Part shown: piece after piece, positions 40,418 through 50,550 of the stretch
How positions within the stretch are numbered: the stretch's first letter is position 1
How the letters are laid out: each line of letters opens with the position of its first letter
Source: Alphaproteobacteria bacterium
Lineage (GTDB): Bacteria; Pseudomonadota; Alphaproteobacteria; RF32; CAG-239
NCBI GenBank assembly: GCA_017470165.1
Contig: JAFUEX010000016.1
Coordinates: forward strand, 5,020 to 69,019
Direction of reading: 5' to 3'
Length of the DNA stretch: 64,000 bases
The notes under the pieces: generated by a model
Database searches by the model: none
The model's input: only the letters and a program-made list of their open reading frames with translations
Told to the model about the DNA's origin: nothing
Program-made: the position numbers and the translations under genes

Positions 40418-41437
40418 CTACGGTTTTTTACCGTAAGACAACAACTTGTTGCGTACCAGCCCGCGCAACGACACCTCCGGTCGCGCACCATAATGCGTAA
40501 TAATCTCTGCCGCCGCGATAGAACCGATAATCGCACAAGTTCCCAAAGAGCGCCCCTGCGTCATTCCATAAAGGAACCCCGCCGCATACAAATCACCGGC
40601 ACCGGTAGTATCCACCGCACCTTTAACCTCTTCGGCCTCCACAAAAATTTTGCTTCTTCCGTTAACTACTACCGAGCCTTTTGCCCCGCGCGTAATAGCT
40701 CCGATTTCCACATCATGTTTAATCAGGTCCAAACATTCATAAAAGTCTTGTCCCTTAAACAACGCCCTCAGTTCGGCATCATTAGCAAACAACACATCAA
40801 CATTTGACTTGATAAACTCCAAAATTGCCTCTTCTTTGCCCTTGATGCAGTTAACATCCGACAATGAAAAAGCCACCTGCCGCTCATAATTATGCGCAAT
40901 TTCCGCCGCTTTTTGTGCAATATCCCAACCATGCTCATAATCAAGAATATATCCCTCAATATAAGTAATCAAACTGGCCTTGATAATATTCTCGTCAACA
41001 TCCTCCACGCTCAAGTACCGATTAGCTCCCAAATAAGTAAACATTGAGCGCATCGCATCTGGCGTCACCAACACAATTGACCGACCGGTCATCGGCCCCT
41101 GATTAAGCGGTGATGTAAAAAAATCCACTCCCGCTGCCCCGATATCGCGGGTAAATTCCTGCCCCAGCTCATCATCATGCACCTTGCCGATAAATGCCGG
41201 AGCTCCGCCCAACGAGGCAATCGCCGCCACCGTATTGGCCGCCGACCCGCCGGAAACTTCGCGCTCCGGCACCACATCGGCATAAATCCGTCCGGCTTCT
41301 GCCGCATCCAGCAGCTGCATCTGTCCTTTGGGCAAATCGCGCTCTTGCAAAAAACGATCGCCGACCTTTGCCATCACATCGACAATCGCATTTCCGATGC
41401 CGACAACATCATAGTAAGTGGTAATTTCTTTTTTCAT
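40418..41437 (-). CDS. PfkB-family carbohydrate/nucleoside kinase (adenosine kinase-like)
   Basis: GIGNAIVDV, GGSAANT and DTTGAGDLYAAGFLYG. Confidence 0.7.
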   Translation of the reverse strand: MKKEITTYYDVVGIGNAIVDVMAKVGDRFLQERDLPKGQMQLLDAAEAGRIYADVVPEREVSGGSAANTVAAIASLGGAPAFIGKVHDDELGQEFTRDIGAAGVDFFTSPLNQGPMTGRSIVLVTPDAMRSMFTYLGANRYLSVEDVDENIIKASLITYIEGYILDYEHGWDIAQKAAEIAHNYERQVAFSLSDVNCIKGKEEAILEFIKSNVDVLFANDAELRALFKGQDFYECLDLIKHDVEIGAITRGAKGSVVVNGRSKIFVEAEEVKGAVDTTGAGDLYAAGFLYGMTQGRSLGTCAIIGSIAAAEIITHYGARPEVSLRGLVRNKLLSYGKKP

Positions 41438-41460
41438 TTTATCATCTCATCACAACAAAC

Positions 41461-41508
41461 AAAAACTCCTCTTTTGAGGCTTAAATCTCAAAGAGGAGTC
41501 GCTTTTTT
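41461..41508 (-). terminator. terminator downstream of the ferredoxin gene
   Basis: ACTCCTCTTTTGAG ... CTCAAAGAGGAGT long stem, T-rich on both sides. Confidence 0.6.
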
Positions 41509-41516
41509 CTCTGGGA

Positions 41517-41750
41517 CTAAGCCGCGGGCAGATTCTTAGCATTATCCTGTGCGAATTTAATCCATTTTTCCTCCGCGTCATCCTCCGGAGTGATAGCTTC
41601 TTGCGGGCACTCAGAAATGCACACACCGCAATCGATGCAAGTATCGGGATCAATCACCAGCATATCATCAGCCTCGTGAAAAGCATCCACCGGACAAACC
41701 TCGGTGCAGCTTTTGCATTTGACGCAAGAATCATTTACAACAGATACCAT
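41517..41750 (-). CDS. 2x[4Fe-4S] ferredoxin
   Basis: [12 protein letters not shown] and [12 protein letters not shown], two complete C-x2-C-x2-C-x3-CP motifs; 77 aa. Confidence 0.85.
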   Translation of the reverse strand: MVSVVNDSCVKCKSCTEVCPVDAFHEADDMLVIDPDTCIDCGVCISECPQEAITPEDDAEEKWIKFAQDNAKNLPAA

Positions 41751-41895
41751 AGTTTATTTAACTCCATATAAATTATTGTACATCAGGCTTAAATTTAGCT
41801 GTTAAATAAAAATAAATCAAGCACAAACTTGCATTACGCAAAAAAAATCACTAACTATAAGATTGAACAAAACAAATATTAGGGAGTTGATAGAT

Positions 41896-43734
41896 ATGAG
41901 CAACAAACAGGCTTTTCAAGCAGACGTCAGCAAAATGTTAGACATTGTGATTAATTCGCTTTATTCGGAGCGGCAAATATTTTTGCGCGAACTCATTTCC
42001 AATGCCTCGGACGCTTGCGACAAACTCAAATATTGGGCATTAACCAACCCGCAGGTTGCTCCTTTTGCCCAAGGTTTCAAAATCACAATAACTCCCGATG
42101 ATAAAGCCCTAACCTTAACCATCGCCGACAACGGCATCGGTATGAATGATAAAGATTTAGCCGACCACCTTGGCACCATCGCCAAATCAGGCACTGCCGA
42201 ATTTGTCAAAAACGCCTCGGCGGGCGGCAATACTTGCGAGCTCATCGGCCAGTTCGGCGTCGGCTTCTACTCGGCATTTATGGCCGCTGACAAAGTAGAA
42301 ATTCTCACTCGCAAAGCCGGCGAAGACACCGCATGGCGCTGGACATCCGACGGTATTGACGGATTCGCGATTGAAAAAGCAGAAAAAGCGGCTTGCGGCA
42401 GCGAAATCAAACTTTACCTCAAAAAAGACGCCAAAGATTTCGTCGACACCATTTACCTGCGTTCTGTCATCCGCACCTATTCCGACCATATTGCCTATCC
42501 GATTGTACTCAATCTGGGCAAGGCCGGCGAAGAAACCATCAACAAGGGCTCTGCCTTGTGGACAAAGCCCAAATCTGACATCACCCCCGACCAATACAAA
42601 GATTTTTATCAGCATTTATCCCACAATTTTGACGAACCATGGTTAACCTTGCATTTCAAGGCCGAGGGCAACCTTGAATATACCGGATTGCTCTACATTC
42701 CCTCGAATATGCCCTATGATTTATTCCAGCCAGATAAAAAGCACTCGCTCAAACTTTATATTAACAAAGTCTTCATCTCCGACAAAATCGAAGCGCTTTT
42801 ACCCAACTACCTGCGCTTTGTCAAAGGCATCATCGACAGTGCTGATTTACCGCTCAATATCTCGCGCGAGATGCTGCAATATTCTCCCTTGCTGGAAAAA
42901 ATCAAATCCGGCACCGTCAAACGCCTGATTAAAGAACTGCAAAAACGCGCCAAAAATTATGACGATTACCTCAAATTTTGGAACAATTTTGGTATAGTGC
43001 TGAAAGAAGGTATTTATGAGGATTTCACCAACCGCGATGATTTGGCAGCTTTGGCCTATTTTGCCTCCACTGCCGATGCACAGCGTCTCACCACCTTGGA
43101 CGAATACATCTCGCGCTGCACTTCGGAGCAAAAAGCAATTTACTATCTCACCGGTGATGATATCAATATCTTGCGCAACCATCCTCAGCTTGAGGCCTTC
43201 AAGCAAAAAGGCATCGAAGTTTTGCTGCTCACCGACCCGATTGACGAGTTTTGGCCGCAGGTACTCACCACCTACAAAGACCATACCATCAAGCATATCA
43301 GTCAAGCCGATATAAATATGAATTGGCAGCGCACCGAGGCCAAAGCCGACGCCGGAAGTTTGCAAAAATTGATTGATATTATGACTGAATTGTTCAAAAA
43401 TGAGATTGGCCGCATAAGCGCAACCGAACGGCTGACCACCTCACCTGTCAGTTTGGGCGTTGAGGCCGGCCAAATGAGTCTGCATCTCGAGCGGCTGATG
43501 CGCAACCATCAGCAAGGTGTCGCCATCTCCTCAACCCGTGTGTTGGAGCTCAATCCTTATCACCCGTTGATTATCAGTTTGACACAAATGACATCTTCTC
43601 CGGACAAACGCGCCCAAATTGAGGAAATATCCCGAATTTTGCTGGATATGGCCAAAGTATCCGAAGGTGAGACCTTAACCAACCCCGCCGAATATACCGC
43701 CAAAATCAGCGAGTATATCCTCAAATCGCTCTAA
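41896..43734 (+). CDS. htpG: molecular chaperone HtpG (Hsp90)
   Basis: FQADVSKMLDIVINSLYSERQIFLRELISNASDACDKL and GQFGVGFYSAFM. Start set at MSNKQ (ATG at 41896). Confidence 0.95.
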   Translation: MSNKQAFQADVSKMLDIVINSLYSERQIFLRELISNASDACDKLKYWALTNPQVAPFAQGFKITITPDDKALTLTIADNGIGMNDKDLADHLGTIAKSGTAEFVKNASAGGNTCELIGQFGVGFYSAFMAADKVEILTRKAGEDTAWRWTSDGIDGFAIEKAEKAACGSEIKLYLKKDAKDFVDTIYLRSVIRTYSDHIAYPIVLNLGKAGEETINKGSALWTKPKSDITPDQYKDFYQHLSHNFDEPWLTLHFKAEGNLEYTGLLYIPSNMPYDLFQPDKKHSLKLYINKVFISDKIEALLPNYLRFVKGIIDSADLPLNISREMLQYSPLLEKIKSGTVKRLIKELQKRAKNYDDYLKFWNNFGIVLKEGIYEDFTNRDDLAALAYFASTADAQRLTTLDEYISRCTSEQKAIYYLTGDDINILRNHPQLEAFKQKGIEVLLLTDPIDEFWPQVLTTYKDHTIKHISQADINMNWQRTEAKADAGSLQKLIDIMTELFKNEIGRISATERLTTSPVSLGVEAGQMSLHLERLMRNHQQGVAISSTRVLELNPYHPLIISLTQMTSSPDKRAQIEEISRILLDMAKVSEGETLTNPAEYTAKISEYILKSL

Positions 43735-43831
43735 ATTAAGCAGGAAACATCACCCTAAAGCCACTCCTTTCTCCCTTTTCTGTCACCCTCGAGCGGCTAT
43801 TCCTCTCCTGTCACTCCCCTTCTTTCCTCTC

Positions 43832-43906
43832 CTGTCACCCCTTTTTCAGGAACGATAGTTCCTGAAAAATCAGGGGTCTCACGACCATTATGCACTTAAG
43901 ACCAAC
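43832..43906. repeat. copy 1 of a ~75-nt structured repeat (CTGTCAC motif, 12-bp hairpin, conserved tail)
   Basis: Hairpin TTTTTCAGGAAC-gata-GTTCCTGAAAAA (43842-43869), then TCAGGGGTCTCA..CATTATGCACTT..GACCAAC. Confidence 0.8.
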
Positions 43907-43970
43907 AGCCAGCTTATTCGCCGTTTTACAAACGGCTCAGCGATGACATAAAAGGGAGCCTCCTCTCTTG

Positions 43971-44045
43971 CTGTCACCTCTTTTTCTGTGGCTTATGCCA
44001 CAGAAAAATCAGGGGTCTCATCGTCATTATGCACTTGTGACCAAC
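43971..44045. repeat. copy 2 of the ~75-nt structured repeat
   Basis: Hairpin TTTTTCTGTGGC-ttat-GCCACAGAAAAA (43981-44008), with the same flanking sequence as copy 1. Confidence 0.8.
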
Positions 44046-44048
44046 CAC

Positions 44049-44074
44049 AAAAAAGCCCTGCTTACCAGCAGGGC
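44049..44074 (-). terminator. rho-independent terminator immediately after rpoA
   Basis: GCCCTGCT-tacc-AGCAGGGC, with U6 on the minus-strand transcript. Confidence 0.8.
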
Positions 44075-44089
44075 TTCGGCCTAATCGGT

Positions 44090-45130
44090 CTAAAAATGCT
44101 CATCACACCGACGAATCAAATCCTCAATATTCTCAGGCGGCCATCCCGGAGTATCCATACCCAAATGGATCCCCATCTTAGCCAAAACCTCTTTAATCTC
44201 ATTGAGCGACTTGCGTCCGAAATTCGGCGTTCTCAGCATCTCAGCCTCAGTCTTTTGAACCAAATCACCGATATAAACAATATTGTCATTCTTCAGGCAG
44301 TTGGCCGAACGAACTGACAACTCCAGTTCCTCAACCTTCTTCAACAAGTTGCGATTGAACGGCAATTCTTCCTTCTCAGCCGAAACTTCCATTTCCGGCT
44401 CGTCAAAGTTAATAAACGGCTTCAACTGGTCTTGCAAAATACGCGCCGCATAAGCCACCGCATCCTCCGGCGTAACCACACCATTGGTCTCAACCACCAT
44501 TGTCAGCTTATCATAATCGGTAACCTGCCCGACACGAGTATTCTCAATTTTATAAGAAACCTTCTTAACCGGCGAATAAATAGCATCCACCAAAATCACT
44601 CCGATCGGAGTATCACCGTTCTTCTGCTGCGCCGCCGGAACATAACCCTTGCCGGTTCCGACCGTCATTTCCATATTAATCTTTGCACCGCTGTCCAAAT
44701 TACAAATCACTAAATCCGGATTCATAATCTCAACATCGTGACCGGTCTCAATCATAGACGCTGTAACCGCACAAGGCCCTTCCGCCTTCAAAGTCATCGT
44801 CTTAGTGCCTTCCGAATGCATGGCAATCGCCAAACACTTAACATTAAGCACAATATCGGTCACATCTTCTCTAACGCCGGGAATAACTGAAAATTCATGC
44901 AGCACTCCGTCAATCTTAATACTGGTAACCGCTCCGCCCTGCAAAGACGACAACAACACTCTGCGCAAAGCGTTACCCAAAGTCAAACCAAACCCTCTTT
45001 CCAAGGGTTCAACCACTATCTTGGCTCTATTGGCGCCATCAGCACTAATATCCAAATTAGTCGGTTTAATAAGTTCTTGCCAATTTTTTTGAATCACTGG
45101 AATGCCCTCTACGTTTATCGAAAAGTTCAA
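44090..45130 (-). CDS. rpoA: DNA-directed RNA polymerase subunit alpha
   Basis: [24 protein letters not shown]; C-terminal domain [23 protein letters not shown]. Confidence 0.97.
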   Translation of the reverse strand: MNFSINVEGIPVIQKNWQELIKPTNLDISADGANRAKIVVEPLERGFGLTLGNALRRVLLSSLQGGAVTSIKIDGVLHEFSVIPGVREDVTDIVLNVKCLAIAMHSEGTKTMTLKAEGPCAVTASMIETGHDVEIMNPDLVICNLDSGAKINMEMTVGTGKGYVPAAQQKNGDTPIGVILVDAIYSPVKKVSYKIENTRVGQVTDYDKLTMVVETNGVVTPEDAVAYAARILQDQLKPFINFDEPEMEVSAEKEELPFNRNLLKKVEELELSVRSANCLKNDNIVYIGDLVQKTEAEMLRTPNFGRKSLNEIKEVLAKMGIHLGMDTPGWPPENIEDLIRRCDEHF

Positions 45131-45194
45131 TCAAAAACAACCTAAAGATTGAACGCCCAAAGTCCAATTCAATCTTTAGGTACAAAACACTCAA

Positions 45195-45587
45195 TTAGAC
45201 GCGACGTCTCTTTCTCAATCTGCATCCATTGTGCGGAATAGGGGTAACATCGCGAATAGTTGTGATAGTAAAACCGACAACCTGCAATGCTCTAATCGCC
45301 GATTCTCTTCCTGATCCCGGTCCTTTAACTTCGACTTCCAAAGTCTTCATACCATGCTCCTGAGCCTTCTTGCCAGCTTCTTCCGCCGCTACCTGAGCCG
45401 CATACGGAGTCGACTTTCTCGAACCCTTAAAGCCCTGAGCACCGGCAGTCGACCAAGCCACAGTGTTGCCCTGAGCATCGGTAATCGTGACCCTTGTATT
45501 GTTAAAAGAAGAACTGATATGAGCAACACCCGCGCTTATATTTTTCTTCTCTTTTCTCTTCAATCTCTGTGATACTGCTTTAGCCAT
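45195..45587 (-). CDS. rpsK: 30S ribosomal protein S11
   Basis: [36 protein letters not shown]. Confidence 0.97.
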   Translation of the reverse strand: MAKAVSQRLKRKEKKNISAGVAHISSSFNNTRVTITDAQGNTVAWSTAGAQGFKGSRKSTPYAAQVAAEEAGKKAQEHGMKTLEVEVKGPGSGRESAIRALQVVGFTITTIRDVTPIPHNGCRLRKRRRV

Positions 45588-45600
45588 TTTTCAAATCACC

Positions 45601-45969
45601 TTATTTCTTCTTATTTGCAACAGTCTTGCGTTTACCTTTGCGGGTACGAGCATTTTGTTTGGTGCTCTGACCTCTTACCGGCAAACCTTTACGATGGCGC
45701 AGACCGCGATAGCAACCCAAATCCATCAATCTCTTTATATTAACACCGACCTCACGGCGAAGCTCACCTTCAACCACCACCTCGTTGTCAATAACTTCAC
45801 GAATTTTCGCTACTTCATCTTCACTCAACTCATGGACACGGCGATCCACCGAAACACCGGATTTTTTGCAAATGTCTTGAGCAGTTTTGCGTCCAATGCC
45901 ATAAATATAAGTCAAAGCGACTTCAATTTTTTTGGCAGTTGGAATATTTACACCAGCTATACGAGCCAA
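45601..45969 (-). CDS. rpsM: 30S ribosomal protein S13
   Basis: [22 protein letters not shown] start preceded by GGAGAG. Confidence 0.97.
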   Translation of the reverse strand: MARIAGVNIPTAKKIEVALTYIYGIGRKTAQDICKKSGVSVDRRVHELSEDEVAKIREVIDNEVVVEGELRREVGVNIKRLMDLGCYRGLRHRKGLPVRGQSTKQNARTRKGKRKTVANKKK

Positions 45970-46040
45970 ATTAACTCTCCATTTTTATACATTAAACCAC
46001 ATTTAAAAAGCTGATCACCCACTTTTCAAAATTAAGCCGG

Positions 46041-46068
46041 ATTATATGACAAAAAATATTACTGTCAA
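46041..46068 (-). promoter_or_regulatory. consensus sigma70 promoter on the minus strand between adk and rpsM (TTGACA-N16-TATAAT)
   Basis: The reverse complement of 46063-46068 is TTGACA and that of 46041-46046 is TATAAT. About 70 nt upstream of the rpsM start. Confidence 0.65.
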
Positions 46069-46120
46069 CCTCTGATTCGTGATTTTTTCAAAAAAAATGC
46101 GATTTTTTCACATTTGCTGT

Positions 46121-46801
46121 CTATTTTTCGTGAACTACCGCCAGCAAATTCTCAATTTTCTTGGCCACCGCCTCAATTGCACCGGTTCCGTCAACACAAA
46201 TCAGCAGTCCTTTGCTCTCAAAATAAGGTATCGTCGGATAGGTCAGCGCCCGATAATTCACGAGTCGATTTTGCACGGTCGTCCGATTATCATCGATTCG
46301 CCGATAAAACTCCGTGCCGCCGCAATTATCACACACGCCGTAAACTTTGGGTTTCAGATATTTATCATGATATCCCTGACCGCATTTCATACAAGCATAG
46401 CGCCCCAATATGCGCTCCATAATAATCTCATCAGGAACCTGAATTTCTATCGCCGCATCCAAGGTAATTCCCCGACGGGTCAGCACTTCGTCCAACACCT
46501 TCGCTTGCGGCAAAGTCCTCGGAAAACCATCCAGAATAAACCCATTCTTGCAATCGTCCTTCTCGATTCGCTTTTCCAGCATCTTGATGATAATTTCATC
46601 AGAAACCAAATTGCCGCCATCAATCAGTGCCTTAATTTCGCGCCCCAAGGCCGAACCGGTTTGCGCCTGCTCACGCAACATCTCGCCGGTGGACAAATGC
46701 GGCACGGCGATTCGCTCGCGCAAAAGCCGCGCCTGCGTCCCCTTGCCACACCCCGGAGCACCGGTCAGAACAATATGCAGTCCCAAACCATTGGCATTCA
46801 T
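46121..46801 (-). CDS. adk: adenylate kinase (zinc-lid type)
   Basis: LTGAPGCGKGTQA P-loop; lid CMKCGQ...CDNCGG. Confidence 0.95.
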   Translation of the reverse strand: MNANGLGLHIVLTGAPGCGKGTQARLLRERIAVPHLSTGEMLREQAQTGSALGREIKALIDGGNLVSDEIIIKMLEKRIEKDDCKNGFILDGFPRTLPQAKVLDEVLTRRGITLDAAIEIQVPDEIIMERILGRYACMKCGQGYHDKYLKPKVYGVCDNCGGTEFYRRIDDNRTTVQNRLVNYRALTYPTIPYFESKGLLICVDGTGAIEAVAKKIENLLAVVHEK

Positions 46802-46819
46802 TGCAATCGCCTTTTCTTA

Positions 46820-48169
46820 CTATCTCTTTCGCTTGCCGGCCAACGAGGCTTTACGTATCAGCGAGTCATATTGATAAGCAATCAAATGCGACTGCACCTG
46901 CCCGACAAAATCCATCGTAACCTGCACCACGATGAGCAAGGTTGTTCCGCCCAATACAAACGGCACCGACAGCTTGCTGATTAAAATCTCCGGCAAAATA
47001 CATAATCCTACCAGATAAACCGCACCCAGCACCGTCAGTCTGGTTATCACATAATCCAAATATTCCGCGGTGCTCTTGCCGGGTCTGATACCCGCCACAA
47101 AACCGCCGTGTTTTTTTAGATTATCGGCAGTTTCTTCTGGATTGAATACAATCGCCGTATAGAAGAAAGCAAAAAACGCTATCAGGAAAGAATACAAAGC
47201 CAAATACAACGGCTGACCATGTCCAAGCATTTGCGACAAAGTCTGCACCCATACCGGCCCGTTCTCCGCGCTCAAGTTAGCAACCGTAATCGGCAGCAGC
47301 AACAGTGAGCTGGCAAAAATCGGCGGAATAACCCCTGTCGGATTAATTTTCAACGGCAAATGCGAACTCTCCGCCGAGCTCATCCGCCCCATAACCTGAC
47401 GCTTGGGATATTGGATAACAATGCGTCGCTGCGCTCTCTCTACCAACACAATCAAATAAATCAGTCCTACCGCCATCAGCATCAGCATCAAAATTACGCC
47501 GGCCGACATCGAGCCTACTCTGCCCAGTTCAAAAGTCTGCGCCAAAGCCGCCGGAATGTTAGCGATAATACCCACCGTAATAATCAAAGACGAGCCGTTG
47601 CCAACTCCGCGCGCCGTAATCTGCTCGCCCAGCCATACAATAAACATTGTACCGCCAACCAGCGAAACAATAGTTGTAAACTTAAACAGCCCTCCCGGCA
47701 GCAACACCGCCGAAGCACCGAGAGAATTGCTCATACTCTCCAAACCGACCGCGATTCCATATCCCTGAATAATGGTAATCAGCACTGTCAGATAGCGCGT
47801 GTACTGTGTAACCTTGCGATGTCCGGCCTCGCCCTCTTTCTTCAAAGCCTGCAGCGAAGGTATAATCGACTGTCCTAACTGGATAATAATTGAGGCCGAA
47901 ATATAAGGCATAATATTCAAAGCAAAAATGGTCATACGTTCCAAAGCACCGCCGGCAAACATATTGAACATCCCCAACAATCCGCCGGAATTCCGTTGGA
48001 ACAACTCAGCCACCACCGTCGGGTCAATCCCCGGCAGCGGAATAAATGTTCCCACCCGAAACACAATCAGCGCCAACACGGTAAACCATAGTCTTTTCTT
48101 CAGTTCTTCAGCCTTGCCAAAGACCGACATATCAACACTTGCCGCCATCTTTTCTGCTAATGAAACCAT
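46820..48169 (-). CDS. secY: preprotein translocase subunit SecY
   Basis: LWFTVLALIVFRVGTFIPLPGIDP and GALERMTIFALNIMPYISASII. Start set at MVSLAEK (ATG at 48169) with an AAGGA RBS. Confidence 0.95.
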   Translation of the reverse strand: MVSLAEKMAASVDMSVFGKAEELKKRLWFTVLALIVFRVGTFIPLPGIDPTVVAELFQRNSGGLLGMFNMFAGGALERMTIFALNIMPYISASIIIQLGQSIIPSLQALKKEGEAGHRKVTQYTRYLTVLITIIQGYGIAVGLESMSNSLGASAVLLPGGLFKFTTIVSLVGGTMFIVWLGEQITARGVGNGSSLIITVGIIANIPAALAQTFELGRVGSMSAGVILMLMLMAVGLIYLIVLVERAQRRIVIQYPKRQVMGRMSSAESSHLPLKINPTGVIPPIFASSLLLLPITVANLSAENGPVWVQTLSQMLGHGQPLYLALYSFLIAFFAFFYTAIVFNPEETADNLKKHGGFVAGIRPGKSTAEYLDYVITRLTVLGAVYLVGLCILPEILISKLSVPFVLGGTTLLIVVQVTMDFVGQVQSHLIAYQYDSLIRKASLAGKRKR

Positions 48170-48288
48170 CTTTATCTTATCCTTTATCCTTAAAATTGCT
48201 TCGCGCCCTAAAGCGCACAACATAGTATCAGTACTGTAATACACGAAAAAATTTTTTATGCAACTGTTTTGTTGCTATTATTACAAGA

Positions 48289-48735
48289 CTACATAATGCT
48301 TTGCAGTTTTTGCACCGTTTCTTTGGGAATACGCGTCGGCTTTTTATCTGTCAAATCCAAATAAACTGCCTTCACATTAACCAAGGTCAAAACCTCCGCT
48401 CCGCGACGAATTTCCTGATGCAGCATCACACTCGCCCCACCGATATGGACCGCGCTGCAGCTCACTTGCAGTTCATCATCAAGATAAGCCGGCGCCAAAT
48501 ACTCAATCTCGCAGTTTTTCACCACAAAACCAGCCTTATTTTTCGTCAAACTCTCTTGCTGGCAACATCCCAAATAGCGCAACATTTCCGTTCTTGCTCG
48601 CTCGGCAAACTTCAAATAATTGGCAAAATACACAATTCCTTGCGCATCGGTGTCTTCCCAATATACTCTTATCGGAAACCAAAACTCTTTGCCGATAACC
48701 TCCCCCTGCGGCATACTTAATGACTTAACTATCAT
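48289..48735 (-). CDS. ybgC: YbgC-like 4HBT acyl-CoA thioesterase
   Basis: FPIRVYWEDTDAQGIVYFANYLKFAERARTE; directly follows ruvB. Confidence 0.8.
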   Translation of the reverse strand: MIVKSLSMPQGEVIGKEFWFPIRVYWEDTDAQGIVYFANYLKFAERARTEMLRYLGCCQQESLTKNKAGFVVKNCEIEYLAPAYLDDELQVSCSAVHIGGASVMLHQEIRRGAEVLTLVNVKAVYLDLTDKKPTRIPKETVQKLQSIM

Positions 48736-49788
48736 TTATTCCTCCAACAAATCCAACTGCACGGTGGCCTTTTCTTTGCGGATTTTAGGAACTCCCAAAT
48801 ACTGACACCCCAAATCCGAAATTATGCGCCCGCGCGGTGTGCGTTGCAAAAAACCGAGTTTAAGCAAAAACGGCTCAATCACTTCCTCAATCGTATCGCG
48901 TTCCTCCGACAATGCTGCCGCCAAAGTATCGGCTCCGACCGGCCCGCCGCCATAATTTTGCAAAATACAATTCAGATACCGCCGGTCAAACGCATCAAGC
49001 CCGTAATCATCAACATCCAGCCTTTTGAGCGCCACATCGGCAATCTTATCATCTATCTCTTCGGCCTGTGAGACAGCCCCGAAATCACGCACGCGCCGGA
49101 GCAATCTTCCCGCCACCCGCGGCGTCCCGCGCGAGCGCTTGGCTATTTCTAAAGCCCCTATATCAGACAGCGGCATATCCAGCAGCCTCGCCCCGCGCAA
49201 CACAATTTTTTTCAAATCTTCCGGCGAATAAAAATCCAGTCTCAACGGAATGCCGAACCTTTCCCGCAGCGGCGTTGACAACATTCCCGAACGCGTTGTT
49301 GCCCCCACCAGCGTAAACGGCTGCAAATCAATCCTTACCGAACGTGCCGACGGCCCTTCGCCGATTATCAAATCAAGCTGAAAATCCTCCATCGCCGAAT
49401 ACAACACCTCTTCGATTGCCGGATTCAGTCGATGTATCTCATCAATAAACAGTACATCGTTGCGTTCCAAATTGGTCAAAATCGCGGCCAAATCGCCTGA
49501 CTTGGAAATCATCGGTGCAGCAGTTGCTCTAAAACCGACCCCCAACTCGTGCGCCACAATCGATGCCAAGGTTGTTTTGCCCAACCCCGGAGGCCCGAAC
49601 AACAGCACATGGTCCAATGCCTCACCGCGTTGTTTTGCCGCTTTGATAAACACTCTCAGGTTCTCGCAAACCTGACGCTGTCCCACAAAATCATCCAAAC
49701 TCAGCGGCCGCAAGCTCACCGGCAGATTATTGTTGTGCTCATCTTCCTCTTGTTTCTGCGGACTAACGATTCTCTCCTCATTATTCAT
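48736..49788 (-). CDS. ruvB: Holliday junction branch migration DNA helicase RuvB
   Basis: [25 protein letters not shown] and DEIHRL. Confidence 0.97.
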   Translation of the reverse strand: MNNEERIVSPQKQEEDEHNNNLPVSLRPLSLDDFVGQRQVCENLRVFIKAAKQRGEALDHVLLFGPPGLGKTTLASIVAHELGVGFRATAAPMISKSGDLAAILTNLERNDVLFIDEIHRLNPAIEEVLYSAMEDFQLDLIIGEGPSARSVRIDLQPFTLVGATTRSGMLSTPLRERFGIPLRLDFYSPEDLKKIVLRGARLLDMPLSDIGALEIAKRSRGTPRVAGRLLRRVRDFGAVSQAEEIDDKIADVALKRLDVDDYGLDAFDRRYLNCILQNYGGGPVGADTLAAALSEERDTIEEVIEPFLLKLGFLQRTPRGRIISDLGCQYLGVPKIRKEKATVQLDLLEE

Positions 49789-50456
49789 TAGATTTTATCC
49801 TTCATAAACTCTTTCAAAGCCCATTTTATCAATTCGCCCATATCCGCCTCAGGTGCCTTGATTGCAGCCTGATTAACCGCCTTATAAGCCTCGATTCGCT
49901 GATACCCCAAATTAACCAGTGCCGAAATCGCATCCTCAATTTTGGCCGGATCTTCCGTCATCCCCACCGGCGCTGTCTCCTCAATCGTTTGCAACTCATC
50001 ATCCGACAACGGAGCCATAGCTTCATTAATATCCTTTGCCACCTGAGCCATCGGCACACTGACAATTTTATCTTTCAGTTCGGTAACAATCCGCGCCGCC
50101 AACTTCGGACCCACACCGCTGGCCATAGTAAACATATTTTTGTCTTGTGCCGCCACCGCCTGCCGCAGTTGATTTACGCTCAACGCCGACAAAATACTCA
50201 ATCCGACCTTAGCCCCCACTCCTTGCACCTTGGTCAAGGTATTAAACCACTCTTTTTCTAACGGATCGGCAAATCCAAACAGCGTGATACTGTCTTCTCG
50301 CACCACTGTCTCAATCAACAGCGCGGCCGGCTGCATAACACTGAGCCGTCCCAAAGTTTTGGCACTGGCAAACACCAAATACCCCACTCCGTTAACATCC
50401 AAAATCAGATAATCTTCGCCGATACTATCGACCAGTCCCTTCAATTTTGCAATCAT
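49788..50456 (-). CDS. ruvA: Holliday junction branch migration protein RuvA
   Basis: [28 protein letters not shown] and [14 protein letters not shown]. Confidence 0.95.
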   Translation of the reverse strand: MIAKLKGLVDSIGEDYLILDVNGVGYLVFASAKTLGRLSVMQPAALLIETVVREDSITLFGFADPLEKEWFNTLTKVQGVGAKVGLSILSALSVNQLRQAVAAQDKNMFTMASGVGPKLAARIVTELKDKIVSVPMAQVAKDINEAMAPLSDDELQTIEETAPVGMTEDPAKIEDAISALVNLGYQRIEAYKAVNQAAIKAPEADMGELIKWALKEFMKDKI

Positions 50457-50550
50457 CTCTGCACCTCAACTTAATCATTAGTTTCAAATTTATACGACAA
50501 GCCCTCTTCTTTCAAGTATATTTTCGAGTTGACAACAATCTATGGCTCTT

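Noticed and set aside
41751-41895. Possible sigma32 heat-shock promoter upstream of htpG (CTTG..N17..CACTAACT).
   Set aside because: Only the CTTG of the -35 element fits. The -10 region does not match CCCCAT or CYTAT-type consensus at any acceptable spacing.
43735-44089. I looked for an rplQ (L17) gene or pseudogene remnant downstream of rpoA.
   Set aside because: No frame on the minus strand gives anything resembling MRHRK..GRKL.R. The region is occupied by the terminator and the structured repeats.
45970-46120. I looked for rpmJ (L36) or infA between adk and rpsM, where they often lie.
   Set aside because: No ORF with an L36-like (MKVR.S.K..C..C) or IF1-like sequence appears in any minus-strand frame. 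The gap instead holds a consensus promoter and a 10-bp direct repeat (GATTTTTTCA x2).
46079-46984. 301-aa plus-strand ORF spanning the adk/secY junction.
   Set aside because: It is antisense to two conserved essential genes, is Arg/His/Gln/Ile-rich, and crosses an intergenic region on the real coding strand.
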